This document shows, one piece after another, positions 54,241 through 64,000 of a stretch of 64,000 bases of DNA. The stretch is from the human T2T-CHM13v2.0 reference genome, Homo sapiens, in NCBI RefSeq assembly GCF_009914755.1, contig NC_060926.1. One strand, 5' to 3'. The position numbers and the translations under genes are program-made. Within the stretch, counting starts at the first letter, position 1; every line of letters begins with the position of its first letter. The notes beneath the pieces are model-generated. The model saw nothing but the letters and a program-made list of their open reading frames with translations, had not been told where the DNA came from and searched no databases.

Positions 54241-55845
54241 TATGATATATAAGACAACTGGAGACAAGCAAAATACAGGCTTAGGCACAGAAAATAATCC
54301 AGCCGTATGTGGAATGCTGGTGAGGCAGGAAACGGGATGCCAGAATGTAACTTTGCTCTGATCCACTCTACCTGCGCAGGAGAAGGAGGAGCAAGAAGTA
54401 CCTTAAAAGACTGTACCCAATAGGATCTGAAATGTAGGATATACTTTGCAGCTGCTTTGCTGTTACAGAAATGAATGAAACAAAATCACTGACTCCAAAG
54501 ACAATCTCATTACTCTTGATAGATTGGCTGCCTGACAATATTTTGGAACTGCCAGAGGAGGCAAAGTTACATTTATATAACTTTAAAACTGTCAGAAAAG
54601 TGGGGAGTAAAATTAAGTTTGTTCCTTTTTACAACTACAGGTAGAGGTAAATTGCATGGCTAGATGAAGGGGAAGGCATGTGACAGCTCTAATATTACAA
54701 ATGAGTATATTTATGAGCACTGAAAGTCTGTGTACAGAGAATAATTTTTCTCCCATTTGGTAGGATTATAGAAAACTGATGCATTGCAGATTAGAGCCAA
54801 AAGAGAAAAGTGGAACCAGCAACAATATAATAACCACTCAACAGGAGTACAAATGCAAGAAAAGATGCATTTATTTTAATTTAAAGACATTTCTGTTTGA
54901 AGGAGATGCAAAAATGGGAACATCCAAACTGATGTTTACATAGAATTACTTCTAATTTACACATCATGAGTCTTCCTGTTTTTCATTGGGGTTTATGAAT
55001 CTTGATCACAACATGAGCATTTATTTATAAATATTGCACAGCATGCATTTAAATACATCCTCCAAACACCAAAGTCTATATCTGTAGCCATTTGCCCTCT
55101 TCTCTCTAATTACAATGAAGAAATGTCTCTTTTTCTTTCAAAGGCTAAAACTTACACATAGACCCAGGATCCTAAATTATCCAACCCTGCAGAAACCCTG
55201 TCAATAAGCCCATCTTTCTCCAGCATCATCAATCTTCAAGTTCCTCTCCACCATCACTCAAATATGCTTAACTAAGTATCTCTCACATGGGAGTCTGGGG
55301 AAAATATGGACCCCATGTCATCCTTCAGCTATTGTCCTTTCCCTCAAGGATCCTGTATAGCCAAGAATCTCAAAAATTAGACATTTGGCCTCAACTTGAC
55401 CCTTCATGCCCTCTGCAATTATCTCCAATCAGGCATCTGCCCACACTAAAAACCATCCTCTTGATAAAAATCATTCACATTATTTGATTGAATGGGACTT
55501 TTTTCATTCTTTGCTATTCTCAAGTGTTTCAGCAGCATCCAACACATGTGACCATTTGCTTCTTTCTTTATCTTGGCTTCCTTAGCAGTGTACCCTGCAC
55601 CTCCCCGCCACTGCCCCCAGTTTTGGCATTTTTACTTACTCCTGTTGCTTTAAATTCCAAATACACAAAATGGTTCCCAAATTTCTATGTTCAGCCCAGC
55701 CTCTTCTTCAAGGTTTCAGAACTGTATACCCAACTAATACTTGAAGTTTCCCCTTGATTTTCTACAGGTATCTTAAAATAGTCCAAAGTCAACTTCTGCT
55801 ATCCACTCCAACCTTGTATTGGCCAGTCTTTCAACAGACCCCATC

Positions 55846-56198
55846 TGTATTAGTCCGTTTCACCCTGCTGGTAAAGACATACCCAAGACTGGGTAATTTA
55901 TAAAGGAAAGAGGTTTAATGGACTCACAGTTCCACATGGCTGGGGAGACCTCACATTCATGGCGGAAGATGAAGGAAGAGCAAAGAGATGTCTTACATGG
56001 TGGCGGGCAAAAAGAGTTTGAGACGTATTCACTATCATGAGAGTTTGAGACTTATTCTCTATCATGAGAAAAACACAGGAAAGACCCACCCCCATGATTC
56101 AATTACCTCCCACCAGGTTCCCCCCATAACATGTGGGAATTGTAGGAGCTACAATTCAAGATGAGATTTGGGTGAGGACACAGAGCCAAACCATATCA
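55846..56198 (-). mobile_element. THE1C/D-like MaLR solo LTR
   Basis: tgtattagtccg...gccaaaccatatca; perfect TSD CCATC on both sides. Confidence 0.95.
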
Positions 56199-56477
56199 CC
56201 ATCTTAGCATTTAAGTTATATCATATATAACCTATTGTCCATGCCAGTGTCCTCAGAGTTGACCTTAACTCGAGAGATCCCACATCTAGTCTGTGGACTA
56301 TGTCTCCAGAATATAGCTCATTTCTCTCAACAACTGCTAACAATCAAGTTTAAGTTATTAGCATCCTTTACCTGGCCAGCTATAATGACATCCTAACTGA
56401 TCTCTTACTTTCATCTCCAATCCTTTCTATACATGAGGATGCATGCTTTTTAGAACAAACAAACAAACAAAAAACTT

Positions 56478-56640
56478 GTTTTAGAGATGGTGTCTCATTA
56501 TGTCGCCTAGGCTGGAGTGCAGTGGCTATTCACAGGCGCAATCATAGTGCACTCCAGCCTCAAACTCCTGTGCTGAAGCGATCCTCTTGCCTTTGCCTCC
56601 TGAGTAACTGGGACTACAGGTGCTTGCCATTGTGCCAGTC
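56478..56640 (-). mobile_element. FAM (fossil Alu monomer)
   Basis: Monomer retaining the 7SL-type gctattcacaggcg segment; TSD ggatgcatgctttt/ggatgtatgctttt. Confidence 0.88.
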
Positions 56641-57478
56641 AGGGGATGTATGCTTTTAAACGTTCCTCTGATCATGCTTAATTGCACTCAGAATAAAACC
56701 TTCACACACCAGTAAGTTCTATATACTCTGGTAATTCCTACCTCTTTGTCCTCATCTTAAGCCATTCTCATCCTCTATTACTCTAATCTTCTTTCCCTTG
56801 TCCATCCAGGACATTCATATGTGTGTTCTAAATCCTGACACGCATTTCATCCAGCTCACTCCCACTCATCCTTTAAGCTGCAAGTCAAAATTCACATCTA
56901 TAGGGAAGGCGTCACTGAGCCTGCCCACAATCTAAATTAAAATACCCATTATATTTTTCTGTTGTACCCTTCACATCTCCTCCATAGCATGCACCGCTGT
57001 TTGCCACCATGTGTTAGCGCAAATGTTCATTTATGTCTCTCTTCCCTTGCTTCTTTGTTCTGTATGGGCAGAAATTGCACTGTGCTCATCACTGTATCTT
57101 CACTGCCAGTACAGAACACCAGACGGTGTTGCATAAGAATTTGCTGAACCAACAAATGTACCAAGGCTGATTTTCCCATGGATTTTTCCCTTAAAATATA
57201 GTTAACATTATAGGTGGGATACCTGAGTTCCAGCTGCTTTCTAAAGATTTAAGAAAATGTTGAAGTCCTGGAAGAAAAATGATTGATTCAAAAGTATTAT
57301 AATAAGAATAGTAATTAATACTTATAGTATTATTATACTAAGAAGAATAGTAATTAATACTATTCTTATTATACATGTAATTGAGAACTGTGCTCAATTA
57401 CCTTTCTACAAAACACAATAATGTGTATTAGTCGACTACAGTGTCATTCAACTCTTACATCATTACACACAAATTATA

Positions 57479-58340
57479 CAGTCATGTGTCACTTAATGAT
57501 GGGAATATGTTCTAAGAAATGTGCATTAGGTGATTTCATCATTGCACAAATATCACAGAGTGTACTTACACAAACTTAGATGGTAAGGCCTAGTACAAAC
57601 ATAGACTATATGGTATAGCCTATTGTTCCTAGGCTACAAACCTATACAGCAAGTTACTGTACTGAATACTGTAGGCAACTGTAATACAAAGGTTAGTACT
57701 TGTGTATCTAAGCATATCAAAACAAAGAAAAGGTACAGTAAAACTATGGTATAAAAGATTTGAAAAATGGTACTCCTATACGGTGCACTTAACATATATG
57801 GAGCTTGCAGGGCTGGAAGTTGCTCTGGGTGGGTCAGTGAGTGAGTGGTGAGTGAATGTGAAGGTCTAGGACATTACTGTACACTACAGTAGACTTTATA
57901 AACACTGTATAATTATGCCGTACTAAATTTATCTTTGAAATTTTTTCTTTCTTCAGTAATAAATTAACCTTAGCCCACTATAACTTTTTATAAACTTTAA
58001 GCTGTTATAAACTTTAAATTTTTAAAACTCTTTTGGGATAATCCCTAGCTTAAAACACAAGAACATTGTACAGTTGTACAAAAATATTTTCTTTTTTTAG
58101 ATCTTTATCCTATAGGCTTTTTTCTATTATTTTTTTTTTCACCTTTTAAACTTTGTTGTTAAAAACTAAGACAAACACACACATTAAGCTAGGCCTACAC
58201 AGGGTCAAGATTATCAATATTACTGTCTTCCACCTCTGCATCTTGTCCCACTGGAAGGTCTTCAGCGGCAATAACATGCATGGAGCTCTCATGTCCCATG
58301 ATTTCAATGCCTTCTTCTGGAATACTTTCTGAAGGACCTG
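57479..58340 (+). mobile_element. Tigger3 (Tigger3b/Golem-like) DNA transposon, one end truncated
   Basis: TA then cagtcatgtgtcacttaatgatggg TIR; tatagcctattgttcctaggctacaaacct; no second TIR seen. Confidence 0.9.
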
Positions 58341-58567
58341 AGATCCTCTCTAATCTAGCATCTTTACCAGCAACACCTCTTCCTCATGTCCACGGACAGC
58401 TGTACCATGGGCAGAGAACTACCCTGGTCTTTGGCTATCACTGTGTGTCAATTTGTCCCAAAGGTTACAACATGCAAATCCCAGAGAGAAGCAATCTGAG
58501 ATAGCCCTGCCTTCAGCATGCTTGGGAGAATAAATATCAGTGAATAAGATCAACATAGGTCTGCTAG

Positions 58568-58906
<339 letters not shown>

Positions 58907-60554
58907 TGAGAAATTATGTCTTAATCATATTTTAAAATGAATATCACTCCTAAAATTATTTTATTAATAAATCCTTTTACTGACTGTAACTCCAGCATTT
59001 CACGCAATGATCCAAAATGATACTAAATTACCAGCATCACATTTTTCAGAATTTTTTGAAAGATTAAAAAATTAAAAATAGAATTATTATTTTATACAAT
59101 ACCCAACAAATATTTTTGCTGCCTTGGAGTACACTAGGTATAAAGAAGAAAAGGAAATACAAATTTAATATTCATTTCAAAAAACCTTCCATAAAGCACT
59201 GGAAATACTTGCCACTTCAAAATATGTATTTTCTGTGTAATATAAGCTTTGACATTCTTATCTTCAAAATTATTTACATAGAAAAATAATACACATGCAT
59301 AATTATAATTTGCATTATTTTCTGCTGGCCTAGCAGAAAGGTACCAAAAGTTAATTCTCTAAAATCAAACCTACCTATAATCTCATTAAATATGCACAAC
59401 GAGTGGGTAGTTACGGTGACATCATTCATAGTTTTCTAAGCTCCAAAATAACTTCTTAATGATGACTTTTGTAGCTTGTAATAACCATATAAACTCATGT
59501 GATGGTTCATGATCTATTTACTGCCATCATTACTCTTCATTCAGTTATTTTACTGCCCCCACAGGGTTATATAAACCTGCTCTGTGCCGCCCATCTCTAC
59601 CACCCATCAGCAAGCAGAGCCGAGCTGGTCAGCCAGCCGAGCAAAAATGCACGAGGCTTCTCTGTTGTTACACCAAAATGTCAGCTTTGCTGCCTGCCTC
59701 CTGCTTATGGATAAATCATCAACCCAGAAAACCTGCACGTCCATCACCCATTGGATCTCTACCCCTAAGTGACCCATATTCAGGGCCTGCCAAAGCCTGC
59801 CAATTAATGATCCAATGGAGGAACACATTAACTACCCAATTCTCTGGGTTTTCTAGGCTCTATTCCCATGGCAAGTTAGGGTATCAAAATCCAATGTCCC
59901 TGAACTATACTAACCTACTTACTGAATTGCAATTTAATATCATGGGAATTTGCCATTTCAATATATGGGCTAGATTGTTTGCAAAACTGTAGCTGATATA
60001 TTGTCTACTATGTTTCTCAGAGACAATTTAACAAATTTCTCATTGATGTAAGCATTCAGAAGTTTGCCCTTTTTAAGCAAATGGATATACTTTTATATTA
60101 GCCAAGGAGAGCTATATATTAATAACTTGTTATGTTTGTTTTTTCTTTAGCAGTTAGGAGTCAAAGAACTAAATTTACTATTTAATTCCCATGACTAGCT
60201 CACTGAGAGCTCCTGGCATAATTATGCTCCCCTTCTTTCTAAATCAATTTTTCCAACTTCTCTTCCCTACCACAGTAGTAGGATACAGTACAGGTTCATC
60301 AGTAATACTGATTCACTATAACCATAGGGCACTGACCAAGAAGTGACTAAAAGGCCCCCCAGAAAAGGTCCTAGTGTTGAGCAAAGATGTCGCCTTGAGA
60401 GAATAGAGGATAGATTCTCATCAGTAACTGGTTCAATTTGAAAGTGAGGATTCAAAGCTGGGTTCTTACCCTAGATTATCCTGAGCACCCGTATTCCATT
60501 CATTCCTTTGTCCCCTTTCTCACCTCACTTGAGTTCAGAATCATTGATCTAAAT

Positions 60555-60774
60555 CAGGGGTTGGTAAACTTCTGTAAAGAGCAAGATAATAAATATTTTA
60601 GGCTTTGCAAGTCTTAAGGTCTCTGTCACAGCTATTAAACTTGACCACAGTAGCATGGAAGCAACCATAGACAATATGTGAACAAATGAATATAACCTTT
60701 TTCCAATAAACCTTTATTTGTAAAAACATGTTGTGGATTGAACTGGGTCACAGGATGTAGTTTACTGACCCCTC
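60555..60774 (+). mobile_element. MER58A hAT DNA transposon, full length
   Basis: caggggttggtaaact...agtttactgacccct TIRs; 8-bp TSD atctaaat/atctagat. Confidence 0.92.
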
Positions 60775-60934
60775 ATCTAGATGATCTCTAATACCGGTTT
60801 TTAATCTTTACTTTAATGTGTTGGTTTGTTTATGTTCAGTATGGCAACCTACTTCAAAATATTTTATTTGAATAGAAGAGTACATTATAAATAAAGAATG
60901 AAACAAAATTCAAGGACTCTATATTATAAGTAGC

Positions 60935-61450
60935 CTATATATCATTTATTAAAGTCCTGGTACTGGAAATTGGCAATGAATCTCTGCTCTTCAGAAATTT
61001 ACACTCTGATATGGGAGAAACGACAACTTTACAAATAACTATAAAAAAAGTGCTGAACAAGAGCTGCAAACAATGTCCTGTGGGAGTTCACAAGAGAGGG
61101 GTCCTTCAAACCCCAGGAATAGGAAGATATCCTGGTAGAAATGATACTGGACCTACAAGGGATTTCACTAGGCAGAGGTGAAGGGCAGGAACATTTCAAA
61201 CTGAGAGTGGTGTGGTAAGGTGAAGTAGCCTGGGGTGTACAGAGAAATCCCTGTTTGGCTATAATATAGAGTAGGCATAGAAGACAGTTGAGAGGTCACA
61301 ATGATAAGATTCATCAAGGAAGTGAGGTTAAGAAGTTTGGGATTTTTAGCAGGCAGTAGAGAACCATGGAAGGCTTTAGAGAAAGAAAGAATTATATCTT
61401 AATCTTTATTGAGAATCAAGAAAATTAATCTGCCAGCAGCAAATAGGAAA
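60935..61450 (-). mobile_element. L2 fragment
   Basis: catttattaa...ctgctcttcagaaatttacact...gaaccatggaaggcttt. Confidence 0.7.
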
Positions 61451-61869
61451 GAGTGAAAAGTGACCACATAACCTTTAGAAAAATGTTCAAGGTAGCAGAA
61501 GCAAGGAGGGAGAGGTGTATGTGTCTTCTTTGGGGCATATACAAATCACGTGTAGGGCTTTTTCAAACTGCACAGCCTGATCCCAAAGATTTTGATATGG
61601 CTTCTATTGGAAATGCCCCTCCCACATCATTCATTACTGGTAATTGGGAATAATTCCCTTTGCAAGCCATTGTTACAGTGTGTTGTGTGCCTCAAGAGTA
61701 TTGGGGTAAAAAATAAAAGTTGAAAAAGCCTAAGAAGAAAGCTGTTGCAAAAACTCAGGCAAGATGTAAAAAGGAGGTAAAATATGGTGATAATGATGGG
61801 AATAAAAATGAGAGTTGAAGAGTCTTTGCTCAAACAGGACTTGCCTTACACTTCCCCTCTGAAATATCT

Positions 61870-62780
61870 GGGAGCTAGTGCAGAATCAACAGAAATGGTA
61901 ATGTCAGGAGGAGCACAGGCAGGGGAAAAGGGGAGTTCAGGGATACGCATGTAGAGTCTGAAGTGTTAAACATATTATGCAGATAAAAAGCAAACAAAAG
62001 GTTGAGCTTGTGAGTCTGAAGCTTGAAGGATTTGGGGCTAGAGGTACAGGTGTGGCCATTGTCCAAAGGGAGGTGATAATCATAGCCATCCCTCTGCATC
62101 AGGTTGCCAAGAGAGAGCATGCTTAGAGAGAAGCAAGTGCTTGAGGATCACCCATATTCTGGTGGCACAAAAAGAGAGACAGCCATGAAGGAGCAGTCAG
62201 AGAAGGAGGTAGGGAAAATGCACTGTTCCAGAAGCCCAGAGTCAGGTTAAATGTGGGCAACAGAAATATGTTGGTCAAAAAACCAAGGACTGAGAAATAG
62301 GCCCTCGGACTGGGCAAAGGTATCACTATCCACCTCCGGGAGAGCAGCAGAGGGTTTATAGCAGAACACAGGCTGCAAGGGATGGAGATGTGAGCTGGGT
62401 GAGGAATTGCAAGTAGCAACTGTAAATCCTCTTGAGAAATTTGGGAGTGGTTTGTTCCTGGGATACTATAAATAACAGGAATGCAGGAAGCAAGGAAGTC
62501 GTAAGATGAAAGGGACATCAGTTTGCAGTGAACAGTGTTTGGGATTAACTAGCCCCAAGATTACAATCAGCCCATGGTGTGACGTACAGCCCTTGAGATG
62601 TTCGCCTCACAAAGAATGGAGGGTTCTGGTTTTTGGTAGTGGGACAGCTGAACAGTGGTCACTATTGCCATCATCAAAAGTAGTTAAGAGAGCCCCCAAG
62701 TATAAGTTGCATGGTAGGGCACTAAATAAAGTCTCTAAGCAAATGAGGCTTATATTGCAAAGAAGCTAAGAATCTCAGAG
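61870..62780 (-). mobile_element. L2 fragments
   Basis: ggatttggggctagaggtac...agaaggaggtagggaaa...ccagaagcc. Confidence 0.6.
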
Positions 62781-64000
62781 AGAAAACACAAACTTTGACA
62801 TGCACATAAAAAAAGAGGCAGTTGAGAATACACTGAGCTAATTGAAATAATGACTACATATTACAGGCAAATGATAGAGACCATTCATTCTGTGAGACAG
62901 AAAGTGAAGACAAAGTTATAATTGGTACATGATTAAGCAGTGTTGTTGGGGGAGGCTCTCATCCCTTCAGGGAGCCCAGGGAGTGTCATAACCGACAGCC
63001 ACCCACCAATTAACCACAAGGATTTACAGACCAGCTTATATCAGGAACTGTGTCAGATTTCTGGGTGTCCCAAATATCCCTCCTGAATTCTCTTCCAGCT
63101 GATTCAGTTTCCTACTAATTTCCTCATCTACAAGCTCAAGGTTTCCACCTTAAAATACTAACAAAAATATTTTACAAATGGTCTCCATCATTTGCCTATA
63201 ATATGTAGTCACTATTTCAATTAGCTTAGTGTATTCTCAAATGTAGAAAGATATCATCAGCCACCACCCATACACTTCTTATGAGGTCCTTGTACTTTTA
63301 TATCCCTGTACTTTTGTGGTTTTCTGTGATCAGAGCCCAGCCTGACAGTACAATCAGAGTTAATATAAACACAAGGGAGAGGAACATTTCTAAAATGTAT
63401 TCATCCTCAGACGCCATTTGTTCAAAAGCCCCTGGTCCTTGAAGTACCTGAGAAACGGAATGTTTGGGACTCTGGGAATTCTGTGCTCCAGATAAGAGAA
63501 CAGTCATCACTTTTTCAGGGAGAGAGAAAGAACGGCCACCATTTCTTACAGGATGTGAATAATATCTTGTGTTGTGATGATGGCAAAAACCAAAAGTGCT
63601 TTTTCAGACTTTGTCACAGTGTCTGCAAAGCTGAGCTGGGCAGAATTTAACAGCCTAGGCAAACTTGGCTGCTGGCCTGACTTTCCAGAGTTCACTTTTC
63701 CCCTGTTGAAAAGGCTTCTCTTAATTATTTTTGGATTGAGCCTCATAGACAGGGAGTTTGCTGGATCTTCCCATCCCAGCAGGCTCACACCTGGGGGATG
63801 TTATTGTGCCACCTACAGCTGGGTTAGAGTCAGCTGCATGACAGGGCAGACCAGCTTGGGTGATGTGTTAAGGTATTTCAAATAGCCATGTAACATATCA
63901 TAGCCCTTCTGCCATAAGAGGAGACCTTTACATTTCCTGTGCTCCAAAACGCTTCCTCTGGCACTGCCATCCCTATTCTGATCCAAACCATTCATTATAG

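Larger units (their letters stand above)
55070..57160 (+). mobile_element. Long L2 remnant interrupted by THE1 and FAM insertions
   Basis: L2 ORF2/3' motifs (cagcccagcctc, catcctaactgatctc, tttgctgaa end). Confidence 0.7.

Overview
Non-coding primate (most likely human) genomic DNA: AT-rich, CpG-depleted, and dense in mammalian interspersed repeats. These include Alu/FAM, MIR, L1M, L2, CR1/L3, MaLR LTRs (THE1/MST/MLT1), ERV1 LTRs (MER39B-like, MER51), LTR33-like, and the DNA transposons MER58, MER5-like, Tigger3 and MADE1. The window also holds a Y1 RNA retropseudogene and several microsatellites. No protein-coding gene is supportable: the ORFs in the track are short and low-complexity, repeat-derived or chance. 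I found no convincing new multi-gene system. The best leads are a ~120 bp local non-tandem duplication, template-switch scars, a pure (GGAA)13 tract in a repeat-poor block, candidate enhancer motif clusters, a candidate 69-nt exon, and a speculative single-TM microprotein ORF. Repeat subfamilies were assigned by eye from remembered consensus sequences, and boundaries of old elements are approximate.
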